Source of the DNA: Gemmatimonadales bacterium | GTDB taxonomy: Bacteria > Gemmatimonadota > Gemmatimonadetes > Gemmatimonadales > GWC2-71-9 | Assembly: GCA_037189525.1 (NCBI GenBank) | Contig: JBBCJC010000002.1 | Location: forward strand, 896,001 to 960,000 | Length of the DNA: 64,000 bases | Direction of reading: 5' to 3' | Shown: positions 1-8,333 of the stretch, piece after piece | Layout of the letters: each line of letters opens with the position of its first letter | How positions within the stretch are numbered: position 1 is the first letter of the stretch | The notes under the pieces: generated by a model | The model's input: the letters and a program-made list of their open reading frames with translations, nothing else | Told to the model about the DNA's origin: nothing | Database searches by the model: none | Translations under genes and position numbers: made by a program

Positions 1-736
1 TCTGCGCCACGGTCTTGGTGTGGTTGCCCGGCTCGCGCTGTTGAATGAACCACGCGTTCTCGACGGCGCGCGTGGCGTCGAGAATGATCTTGATGCCAAG
101 CCGGGCCGTGTAGGCGCGCAGTGCCTGCAGATTGGCGAGGCTGATCGGCTGCCCGCCGGCGAGATTGACCGTCGCCGCGACCGACAGGTACGGAATCCAT
201 TCCGCGCCCACCTCGGCCACGATTGCATCGAGCTTCGCGAGGTCGATGTCGCCCTTGAACGGATGCTCGGACGCCGGATCGTGCGCGGCGTCGATGATGA
301 CGTCACGGAACCTGCCGCCCGCGAGCTCCTGATGGAGGCGCGTCGTCGTGAAGTACATGTTGCCGGGCACATGATCACCCGGCTTGATGAGGAGCGTCGA
401 AAGGATATGCTCGGCTCCCCGTCCCTGGTGCGCGGGAAGGACGTGCTCGAACCCGTAATAGCGCCGGACCGCATCCTCGAGGTGATGGAAATTGCGCGAG
501 CCGGCGTAGGCCTCGTCGCCGAGCATCATGCCGGCCCACTGCCGGTCGGACATAGCGCTCGTGCCGGAGTCGGTGAGCAGGTCGATATACACCTCTTCCG
601 ACCGGAGGAGGAAAGTGTTGTACCCGGCTTCCTCGAGCGCCCGGGCGCGTAACGCGGGCGACAGCATTCCGATCGGTTCGACGACCTTGATTTTCCAGGG
701 CTCGGCCCAGCTATGGTGACGCATGAGAGTTCTCAT
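1..736 (-). CDS. tpl: Tyrosine phenol-lyase (beta-eliminating lyase), N-terminal part; runs off the window start
   Basis: Not in the ORF track; translated by hand from ATG 736 (alternative 724): MRHHSWAEPWKIKVVEP...AGYNTFLL...IDLLTDSGT...GDEAYAGS...HQGRGAE...GNMYFTTTR...TVNLAGGQP...DATRAVEN. GNMYFTTT is the TPL-type rather than tryptophanase-type motif. Confidence 0.9.
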   Translation of the reverse strand, partial: MRTLMRHHSWAEPWKIKVVEPIGMLSPALRARALEEAGYNTFLLRSEEVYIDLLTDSGTSAMSDRQWAGMMLGDEAYAGSRNFHHLEDAVRRYYGFEHVLPAHQGRGAEHILSTLLIKPGDHVPGNMYFTTTRLHQELAGGRFRDVIIDAAHDPASEHPFKGDIDLAKLDAIVAEVGAEWIPYLSVAATVNLAGGQPISLANLQALRAYTARLGIKIILDATRAVENAWFIQQREPGNHTKTVAQ

Positions 737-814
737 TGTCGGGGAATAGTGAACGATCTGGCGCGCGCGTCACGCATATCGGTCGGAGGTGAAGGGACGC
801 GCGGTCGGAGGGCA

Positions 815-1672
815 TTATCGAGTCGCGAACCAGAACGAGTAGTACGTGAGTACGGATATCCAGCCGAGAACACGGAGTGCTCGCTCCGCATTGATACGGA
901 TCAGGGACACGGCGGCCATGACGAGCAGATAGCTGCCGGCTGCGAATGCCCCGATGTGCAGATAGACGGATGGCGCGGTCGACAGCGGCCCGTTTTCCGT
1001 GGTGAAGTAGCCGATGATGAAGCCGGGGAAGGCCGCAGCAAACACACCGAAGGGCGTCGTCAGCCAACGTGACGTACGACGAGCCGGCCCGATGGTTTGA
1101 GGGACCGTCTTCATGCGCGCGAGATCGATGCACCCGACATGAGTACATGCCGTGCACGGGCTGCAGCGTGCGTTGCCCACCTCGATGAGCGGCCGTTGAC
1201 CGTAGAGTTTCTCGGCCGGAAGAACGGGACACAGCGTGTTGCAGAATCCGGCCCGCCGTGCCGCGAACACGCCGGCGACCAGGGCAATGATTGCCACGGC
1301 AATGATTGTCCACGCGAGCGCCGGACCGTCCGTGTTGAACAGAAACCGCCGGGCTGGAACCAGCAGGCCCAGCAACACCACGCCAACCCACCAGAGATGG
1401 CGGGTCGTTCGGATGCTGGGTGATCGTGTCGTGGCGCGACTGCCGATCATCGAGTTGAGGGTTGCGAGGGGGCACACATTCCGCCAGATCATCGGATTCA
1501 TGACGAAGACAGCCGGCAGGACCGGAATCGCGATGTTCCAGAGCAGGTGGAGGGTCAGGGTTGGCCATACCACCAGGCCGCCGACCAGTGCGAGGGTTGC
1601 CACGACGCCCAGGAATTGGGCCGTGCGCCAGACGCGGGGCGCCGAGACGGGAGAGAGTGGAATGGCCGTCAT
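815..1672 (-). CDS. Multi-pass membrane protein with 4Fe-4S-type Cys motifs (NapH/RdxA-like)
   Basis: Several hydrophobic helices; WRNVCPL, FCNTLCP and CSPCTAC..GC motifs. Confidence 0.7.
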   Translation of the reverse strand: MTAIPLSPVSAPRVWRTAQFLGVVATLALVGGLVVWPTLTLHLLWNIAIPVLPAVFVMNPMIWRNVCPLATLNSMIGSRATTRSPSIRTTRHLWWVGVVLLGLLVPARRFLFNTDGPALAWTIIAVAIIALVAGVFAARRAGFCNTLCPVLPAEKLYGQRPLIEVGNARCSPCTACTHVGCIDLARMKTVPQTIGPARRTSRWLTTPFGVFAAAFPGFIIGYFTTENGPLSTAPSVYLHIGAFAAGSYLLVMAAVSLIRINAERALRVLGWISVLTYYSFWFATR

Positions 1673-1729
1673 CTCGTAGCCGGAACGGGTGTCCTCATGA
1701 CCGTGATTCTCCCAGCGTTACCAGGATAA

Positions 1730-1761
1730 CATTAAATATCATGACTATATGATATTTAATG
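1730..1761. promoter_or_regulatory. AT-rich perfect inverted repeat, probable operator in a divergent promoter
   Basis: CATTAAATATCAT-N6-ATGATATTTAATG (13-bp arms); a TATACT -10-like hexamer lies at 1794-1799. Confidence 0.7.
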
Positions 1762-1825
1762 CGCAAGGGGGCCGGTCTTTCGGCGTGTGGCGTTATACTG
1801 CGATGACGTATAGAAGGGGATTCCG

Positions 1826-2293
1826 ATGGAACCACGACTCGATTACCGCCAGGCCGCCGCCGGCGCCTTCCAGGCGATGCTTGGCATGGAGCAATACATT
1901 CGCGGGTGCGGCCTCGAGCACTCCCTGCTCGAGCTCATCAAGACGCGGGCGTCGCAGATCAACGGCTGTGCCTACTGCATCGATATGCACACCAAGGACG
2001 CCCGTGCCGCCGGCGAAACCGAGCAGCGGCTGTACGGGCTGTCAGCCTGGCGCGAGACACAGTTTTACACCGCGCGCGAGCGAGCAGCGCTCGAATGGAC
2101 GGAAGCGCTGACGCTCATCGCGCAGAACGACGTCTCGGATGAACTCTACGCCCGCGTACGCGAGCACTTCAGCGAAGAGGAACTCGTCAACGTCACGATG
2201 GTGATCATTACGATCAACGGCTGGAACCGGCTCGCGATCCCGTTTCGCACGGTTCCGGGCAGCTACCAGCCGCCCGCGCGGGCGGGCGGTTGA
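1826..2293 (+). CDS. Carboxymuconolactone decarboxylase / AhpD-like protein
   Basis: RASQINGCAYCIDMH (CxxC), ERAALEWTEALT, INGWNR. Confidence 0.9.
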   Translation: MEPRLDYRQAAAGAFQAMLGMEQYIRGCGLEHSLLELIKTRASQINGCAYCIDMHTKDARAAGETEQRLYGLSAWRETQFYTARERAALEWTEALTLIAQNDVSDELYARVREHFSEEELVNVTMVIITINGWNRLAIPFRTVPGSYQPPARAGG

Positions 2294-2313
2294 TCGACCC
2301 TCGATGTGACTGC

Positions 2314-2814
2314 TCAGCCGGTGCCGAGTGGCAACAACCGGCGCCAACTCGTGGGGTGTTGGCGGATCAGGTATCGGCCCGCCAGCACCACCGCCAGCAG
2401 ATTCGCCACCAGAATCGACCAGAATGGCAGGAGCGGCCGCAGCGGCGTGGTCAGAAATCCGATACCCAGGACCGTCATTGCCCCGCCCATGATCAGGAAA
2501 AGGCCGGTGAGGCCAGCCTGATCGGGATGGCGCTCGGCGCGGTACACCAGCCAGGTGACCACCATCCCGATTGCCAGCGAAGACAGGAGGTGCACCGCGT
2601 TGTAGAGCAGCATCGCCGTGGGATCGGATGCCAGCGGCACCTGCAATACTCCCGGATCGCGCAGCCCTCGGAAGCCGGATTGTCCGAGGAGATTGAGGGT
2701 GTACAGCGCGCCTCGCGCAGCGAGGAGATCAAAGAGCATGTAGAACCCGGCCACGGCGGCGTAGGCAATCAGGCCTACGACCACACCCTCCCTCAAAGCA
2801 CGACGATCCGACAT
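2314..2814 (-). CDS. Hypothetical membrane protein (about 4 TM)
   Basis: Four hydrophobic segments; GGAGG RBS just upstream of the ATG. Confidence 0.7.
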   Translation of the reverse strand: MSDRRALREGVVVGLIAYAAVAGFYMLFDLLAARGALYTLNLLGQSGFRGLRDPGVLQVPLASDPTAMLLYNAVHLLSSLAIGMVVTWLVYRAERHPDQAGLTGLFLIMGGAMTVLGIGFLTTPLRPLLPFWSILVANLLAVVLAGRYLIRQHPTSWRRLLPLGTG

Positions 2815-3001
2815 ATCGGCAAACCTCCGGCGTCAGGGGAACAGGATCCTCGTCACACTCGACCGATCCCAGGGTCATGCACCTCAGGCCCGCATCGCGA
2901 ACGATGCCGTCTCCAATGAACGTATCCGTCGAATTGCGAGGCCGCCAGCATCGGGATGGAGCGCCGGGTTGGTCACATCGACGTACTCCCCTTGATTGTC
3001 A

Positions 3002-3020
3002 CATCTTGACGATCAAGATG
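3002..3020. promoter_or_regulatory. Palindrome upstream of padR, probable PadR operator
   Basis: CATCTTGA-CGA-TCAAGATG, about 50 bp before the padR start. Confidence 0.55.
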
Positions 3021-3067
3021 AGAAGCGGTAGCGTTGTGGGCGTAACGTCGTGTCGAAGAGGTGTTGC

Positions 3068-3403
3068 GTGACCGAGCCGAATACCGATGTCATCCAGGGC
3101 ACCCTGGATATGCTGATCCTCAAGACCCTGAGTCTCACGCCGATGCACGGATTCGGGATTGCGCGCCGGATCGAGCAGATCTCGCGGAGTGTCTTCAAGG
3201 TGAATCCGGGATCCCTTCTGGTGGCATTGCAACGGTTGGAGCGCGCCGGCTGGCTCGATGCCGAGTGGCGCCGGACCGATCACGGGCGGCGGGCGCGGTT
3301 CTACAGTTTGACGCGAGCCGGCCACAAGCAGCTCGACCTCGAAACGGCCGACTGGACTCGGCGCGTTTCCGCGGTGGCGCGACTCCTCAAGGCCGAGGGC
3401 TGA
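3068..3403 (+). CDS. PadR family transcriptional regulator
   Basis: QGTLDMLILKTL, MHGFGIA, GSLLVALQRLE, RRARFYSLT; GTG start after GAAGAGG. Confidence 0.9.
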   Translation: MTEPNTDVIQGTLDMLILKTLSLTPMHGFGIARRIEQISRSVFKVNPGSLLVALQRLERAGWLDAEWRRTDHGRRARFYSLTRAGHKQLDLETADWTRRVSAVARLLKAEG

Positions 3404-3405
3404 TC

Positions 3406-6039
3406 GTGTCGTTGTGGCGCCAGGTGACTCGCGGGCTCCGGGGGCTCGCCGATCGTTCCCGCGCGGACCAGGACGCGGAGGACGAGGTCGGCCACTATCT
3501 CGAGCAGGCCACCGCAGATCATCTGGCGCGCGGTTTGAGCCCCGAGGCCGCCCGCCGTGCCGCCCGGCTCGAGCTGGGCAGCGTCGCCGCCGCAACGGAA
3601 GAGTTGCGCAGCTACGGATGGGAGCGCGCGGTCGACGCGGTCGCGGCGGATCTCCGCCATGCCGCCCGCAGGCTGCGCATGGAGCCGGGTTTCACCGTCG
3701 TCACCATTCTGACCCTGGCGCTCGGTATCGGCGCCAGCACCGCGATCATGAGCGCAGTCGGGCCGATCCTGTTCCGTTCGCTGCCATATCCCGATGCCAA
3801 CCGGATCATGGCGGTTTGGGATGTGGGCTCCGAGGGGTTGCCGGTCGAGACGACCTTCAATACCCATCGAGAGCTTCGCGCACGCACGACGGCGTTCGAC
3901 GCGCTAGCTGTGTTCCGCCCATGGCAGCCGACCTTGACCGGCTCGCGCGAGCCAGAGCAGCTCGAGGGTCAGCGGGTCAGCTGGGAATTCCTCCGCGTGC
4001 TTGGCGTGCTCCCCGCGCTGGGTCGCGATTTCGATGCGACGGACGATCGCGGCGGCGCAGCCGGCGTCGTGGTGCTGAGCGACGGACTCTGGCGCCGTCG
4101 CTTCGGCGCCGACCCGGCTATCATCGGCCGGTCCGTGACCCTGAGCGACGAGAGCTATCTCGTGGTCGGCGTGATGCCGCGACAGTTCGAGAATGTCCTG
4201 GCGCCCGCGGCCGAGCTCTGGACGCCGCTCCGCTACGAACCTGGCGAAGGTCGTGCGTGGGGTCATCACCTGCGCATGATCGGCAGGCTCCGGCCTGGCG
4301 AAAGCCGTGACGGCGCTGCGCGTGACCTGGCCGCAATCGCGGGCAATCCGGTGCCGGACTTCCCGCGAGTGGCCTGGGCCGCGCTCGATCGCGGGCTCTC
4401 GGTGACCTCGCTCCACGAGGACCTCACCCGCGCCGCGCGCCCCGCATTGCTCGCCCTGCTCGGCGCGGCGACGCTGCTCCTCGTCATCGCCTGCGTCAAC
4501 GTGGCGAACTTGTTGCTGGCCCGTCATGCCCGACGGCGAGATGAGTTCGCACTCCGAGCCACGTTAGGCGCGGGCGCCGGCCGGTTGTTACGGCAGGCGG
4601 TGACGGAGAGTCTGTTCCTTGCCGGGTTGGGCGGTGCGGCCGGGATCGCGCTGGCGGTGCTCGGCGTTCGTGTGCTGATCGCGCTCAGCCCGCCGGAACT
4701 CCCACGCCTGAGTGTGGTCGGGCTCGATACTTCCGTCCTGGTTTTCGCGATCGGCCTCACCGTGCTGGTTGGTCTGGTCCTGGGGGTGATTCCGGCCCGC
4801 GCGGCGGCTCGGATGGATGCCGGAGGCAGCCGCCCCGCTACGCGACATGTCGTCCGAAGCGCCGGACCCGCGCGCGCATTGTTGATCGTGGCCCAGGTCG
4901 CGTTGGCGCTGGTGCTTCTGGTCTGCTCAGGCCTCCTGCTGCGCAGCATGCAGCGCTTGCTGCGGATGGAGCCTGGCTTCGACGCCGACCGCCGCCTCGC
5001 TATGCAGATCCGCGCATCGGGAGTGCGCTATGCCGATCCCGACGCAGCGCGCCGGTACTTCGGTAACGTGCTGGAAGCGGTCCGAAGCGTGCCCGGTGTT
5101 GCGGCAGCTACGCTGACGAGCCAGCTGCCCCTGAGCGGCGATCTCGCGCTCTATGGCGTGCGAATTGATCCGCCGGTGCGCGATGACCAGGGCGAAGCGG
5201 GTGGGACGTTCCGTTATGCCGTGAGCCCCGGCTATTTCGAGGCGATGGGTATCCCGCTCCGGCAGGGTCGCCTGCTGGATACCGGCGATCGTACCGATGG
5301 AGTGCCCGTGGCCGTGGTGAGCGAGTCGTTTGCCAGGCGCCGGCTCCCCAATGTAGATCCGCTGGGTCGCCAGGTGAGCATCGGCGACAGCGAACCGTTC
5401 ACCATCGTCGGTGTGGTCGGCGATGTCCGGCAGGTCTCCCTGGCGTTGAGTGAGACCGACGCGGCCTATATCACATTGGACCAGGGCGGTTCGAGGGACC
5501 TGACGCTCTCGCTGATCGTCCGGACCGACGGCAACGTCTCGGCGCTCGCCGACCGGGTTCGGCAGGCCGTCTGGTCGGTGGACAAAGACCAACCCGTGGT
5601 TCGGGTCGCCACGATGGAAAGCCTGCTCTCGGCGAGCGGGGCGGAGCGACGGTTTGCGCTGGTCGTCTTCCAGGCCTTTGCTCTCGCGGCGTTGACGCTA
5701 GCCGCGGCCGGCCTCTACGGCATGCTGTCGGGCAGTGTGGCGGAGCGGACCCGGGAGATCGGCGTCCGCGCAGCGCTGGGCGCCTCACCGTTCCGGATCC
5801 TGGCGCTGATCGTACGGCAGGGCATGACACCGACCGTCGTCGGCATCGGGGCGGGGCTGGTCGGCGCGGCCCTGACGACGCGAGCGCTCACGACGATGTT
5901 GTTCGGCACCTCGCCGCTCGATCCGGCCACCTTTCTCGCGGTCGTCGCGCTGCTCCTGGTGGTCGCGCTCGTTGCATGTGCGGTCCCCGCCTGGCGCGCA
6001 GCGCGGGTTCATCCGGCGAGCCCGCTCCGGGCCGAATAG
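3406..6039 (+). CDS. Duplicated MacB/FtsX-type ABC permease (ADOP family)
   Basis: TLALGIGASTA, IACVNVANLLLAR, ERTREIGVRAALGA, VPAWRAARVHP; GTG start chosen 2 nt after the padR stop. Confidence 0.9.
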   Translation: MSLWRQVTRGLRGLADRSRADQDAEDEVGHYLEQATADHLARGLSPEAARRAARLELGSVAAATEELRSYGWERAVDAVAADLRHAARRLRMEPGFTVVTILTLALGIGASTAIMSAVGPILFRSLPYPDANRIMAVWDVGSEGLPVETTFNTHRELRARTTAFDALAVFRPWQPTLTGSREPEQLEGQRVSWEFLRVLGVLPALGRDFDATDDRGGAAGVVVLSDGLWRRRFGADPAIIGRSVTLSDESYLVVGVMPRQFENVLAPAAELWTPLRYEPGEGRAWGHHLRMIGRLRPGESRDGAARDLAAIAGNPVPDFPRVAWAALDRGLSVTSLHEDLTRAARPALLALLGAATLLLVIACVNVANLLLARHARRRDEFALRATLGAGAGRLLRQAVTESLFLAGLGGAAGIALAVLGVRVLIALSPPELPRLSVVGLDTSVLVFAIGLTVLVGLVLGVIPARAAARMDAGGSRPATRHVVRSAGPARALLIVAQVALALVLLVCSGLLLRSMQRLLRMEPGFDADRRLAMQIRASGVRYADPDAARRYFGNVLEAVRSVPGVAAATLTSQLPLSGDLALYGVRIDPPVRDDQGEAGGTFRYAVSPGYFEAMGIPLRQGRLLDTGDRTDGVPVAVVSESFARRRLPNVDPLGRQVSIGDSEPFTIVGVVGDVRQVSLALSETDAAYITLDQGGSRDLTLSLIVRTDGNVSALADRVRQAVWSVDKDQPVVRVATMESLLSASGAERRFALVVFQAFALAALTLAAAGLYGMLSGSVAERTREIGVRAALGASPFRILALIVRQGMTPTVVGIGAGLVGAALTTRALTTMLFGTSPLDPATFLAVVALLLVVALVACAVPAWRAARVHPASPLRAE

Positions 6040-6125
6040 CCGATCAAAAGCCCGCCGACTTATCAGTAGCTGCGTTCCAGAGTTTGCCGGTAAGTGCGAG
6101 CTTCCGAGTACGGAGGCGGCCGGCG

Positions 6126-7337
6126 TCATCCGGTTCGGTCGGGCCGTTCGCGCAGCGGCTCCGCTGCTTCAAGCCGGGCAAGGAGGTCCAGGAGGCCACT
6201 CGCTTCCCAGGCGCGGTTTCGCTTCGAGGCGGAGAGCGGGAGGAGTACGCCGCTGGCCTCGAGTTCACCCATGGCCTGGTGGATTGCCGACTTGGCTCGC
6301 CCGGTTGCCGCCCCTGCCACCGGTGCGGTGATGATCGGGTGCGCGGGCAACAGGTCGATAATTGCCCAGGCTGCGGCATCCGCCCGGGGCGCCCCCGTCG
6401 TCCGTAGCAGTTCCCGCCAGTCTTCCATCAGGTCGTTCAGGGCTCCCAGATAGGATGACGCAAGCCGCGCAGACCGCAGCGCGGCTTCGGCGAAATGCTC
6501 GAGCCAGCCGGTGAGATCGCCGTTCCGATAGCGGGTAAGCCCAGCCAGGTAGACATCCCGCTTCGCGGCGAGCACGACGCTGATGGGCGGCACGTACGCC
6601 GGGGCCAGGCCGCGGCGGCGCAGCACGGTGTGGATCAATGCGCGCCCGGTCCTCCCGTTGCCGTCGTCGAAGGGGTGGATCGTCTCGAACTGCGCGTGGA
6701 CCCGGGCGGCCTGGACCAGCGGCGAATGGGTCTCGTCGTTGATGGCATCACAAAGATCGTCCAGCAGCCCGGCGACGTGCTCAGCTGGCGGGGGCACGAA
6801 GTCGGCGTCGCACGGGTTGTAGTCGTTGCCGCCGATCCAGTTCTGCCCGGTGCGGATCCGGCCGGCGATGCGCGGGTTGGCTCGCTCCATCAGGGTCCGG
6901 TGGATGGCTTCGATCTCACGCGCGGAAAACCGCGCCACGTCCGTCGCCTCGTGGATGGCCACTTCCATCGCGTCGATGTTTGCGATGATCTCGAGCGCCG
7001 TCGGCCCGGCTTTGCCACCGGCCTCGAACCGCGCTTCGGTGCGGGCCAGCTCCTGCACACCGAGCTGCATCCCTTCCACTTTGGAGGAAGCGATCGATTC
7101 CGTGCGCAGGAGGAGCCGCGCGAGCGGCGCCAGGGCGGGGCGAGCCACCGCATTGAGGTTTCCAATAGCATGCTCCGCCTCGGCCACCACGCCGGCGAGC
7201 GGGGCGTCCAGCGTGAACCCCTCCCGGGCAATCGGGTCGGGCAGAAATGCCTCGTACCGGCAGGCCCGCCGGTACCGGGGCGGTGCATGCAGGGTCGGAT
7301 CGTGCGGCCAGATCAGACTGATATACTGTCCCGCCAT
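6126..7337 (-). CDS. Fic family protein (class II-like) with a probable C-terminal HTH
   Basis: HPFDDGNGRTGR Fic motif; N-terminal inhibitory motif SSKVEG. Confidence 0.92.
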   Translation of the reverse strand: MAGQYISLIWPHDPTLHAPPRYRRACRYEAFLPDPIAREGFTLDAPLAGVVAEAEHAIGNLNAVARPALAPLARLLLRTESIASSKVEGMQLGVQELARTEARFEAGGKAGPTALEIIANIDAMEVAIHEATDVARFSAREIEAIHRTLMERANPRIAGRIRTGQNWIGGNDYNPCDADFVPPPAEHVAGLLDDLCDAINDETHSPLVQAARVHAQFETIHPFDDGNGRTGRALIHTVLRRRGLAPAYVPPISVVLAAKRDVYLAGLTRYRNGDLTGWLEHFAEAALRSARLASSYLGALNDLMEDWRELLRTTGAPRADAAAWAIIDLLPAHPIITAPVAGAATGRAKSAIHQAMGELEASGVLLPLSASKRNRAWEASGLLDLLARLEAAEPLRERPDRTG

Positions 7338-7408
7338 CCTGAACCACCTTCTCTTCTTAGTTCAGTTTAGTAAGTAAACTGAACTAAGAATATCTATTGG
7401 TTCAGGAT
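7336..7408. repeat. Nested inverted repeat over the fic start and promoter
   Basis: Inner arms 7354-7369 / 7375-7390 (16 bp, perfect); outer arms 7336-7346 / 7398-7408 (11 bp, perfect). Confidence 0.85.
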
Positions 7409-7526
7409 AATCAAGCAAATGGCATTAAATGGCTTCTTTTGAGCCACTGTAAGATGCAGAAACAGCAGATTCAGGAAAGAGGAGGCGACTTGGCATGGGT
7501 ACAGAGACCCCGCCCAGGGGAAGAGG

Positions 7527-8333
7527 TCAGCGCTTCCGGCAGACCATCAATTCGGTCGAGGGGCTTTCGGTGCGGGAGCGGAGCAGGCGACGCTCGATCG
7601 GGTAGAGCAGCCGACCCAGCAGGCCACCCAGCCGATCGCTGAGCAGCGCGGGGGCCACCATGGCGGTCCAGGCCCAGCGGACCAGCCGCGACCGCGTGTC
7701 GGCCGGATAGTTCATCAGCACGAACATCGGAACGCGGCGGACCACATCGAACCCCGCGCGATCCAGCGCCGCTTCGATTTCCGGCAGCGATCGGCTGACC
7801 TGATGGTCGACCCGGATCGCTTCCTGGTGCACGAAGTTGTCGGACCAGATGAAGAGCCCGCCGGGCTTGAGCAGCTGACCGATGTTCTCGAGCGCGCGCG
7901 CGTAGGCGGTGTCGTCGACGATATGAAAGAGCACGTCGAAGGCGCTGACCACGTCGTAGTCATGGACCGCATCGGCCAGCGACCCGCGGAGCGGCGCGCC
8001 GATGTCGCACTGCAGGAAGCGGCCTTCGGGAAACCGGCGGGTCAGATTCTGAATCGCCACGTCGGTCAGGTCGACTCCGGTAACCTTGGCCCCCATGGCC
8101 AGCCAGCGCTCGACGTAGAATCCGGTGCCCGCGCCGACCTCGAGCACGGTGAGCGGCCGAGGCATTGCTGTCGTCTCTTCTGCCACGACGCGATCGAACA
8201 CCTCGCCGCGGACCCGGTACATCCACTCGTTGTACCGGCGGCCCAGGCGTAAATAGCCGACGCCTTCGAGCGTGAAGTGATCCCGAAGGCGTCGTTCCCA
8301 GTAATCCCGCGTCGCGGTGGAGCCGGCCGTCAA
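7527..8333 (-). CDS. Class I SAM-dependent methyltransferase
   Basis: VLEVGAGTG, VTGVD, DVLFHI, LKPGG; TTG start overlaps the kinase stop. Confidence 0.88.
   Translation of the reverse strand: MTAGSTATRDYWERRLRDHFTLEGVGYLRLGRRYNEWMYRVRGEVFDRVVAEETTAMPRPLTVLEVGAGTGFYVERWLAMGAKVTGVDLTDVAIQNLTRRFPEGRFLQCDIGAPLRGSLADAVHDYDVVSAFDVLFHIVDDTAYARALENIGQLLKPGGLFIWSDNFVHQEAIRVDHQVSRSLPEIEAALDRAGFDVVRRVPMFVLMNYPADTRSRLVRWAWTAMVAPALLSDRLGGLLGRLLYPIERRLLRSRTESPSTELMVCRKR

Noticed and set aside
20..652. 210-aa plus-strand ORF
   Set aside because: Antisense shadow of tpl, which has clear family motifs.
3061..3405. N-terminal extensions of the ABC permease, serine hydrolase (29668), transporter (54271) and SusD (62947) ORFs
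   Set aside because: They overlap neighbouring genes; downstream starts fit the RBS and signal peptides better.
7420..7433. TGGCATTAAATGGC as a sigma54 box
   Set aside because: The GG-to-GC spacing is 9, not the required 10.
6040..7526. fic region as a mobile element
   Set aside because: No transposase, integrase or flanking direct repeats were seen; only the promoter is AT-rich.
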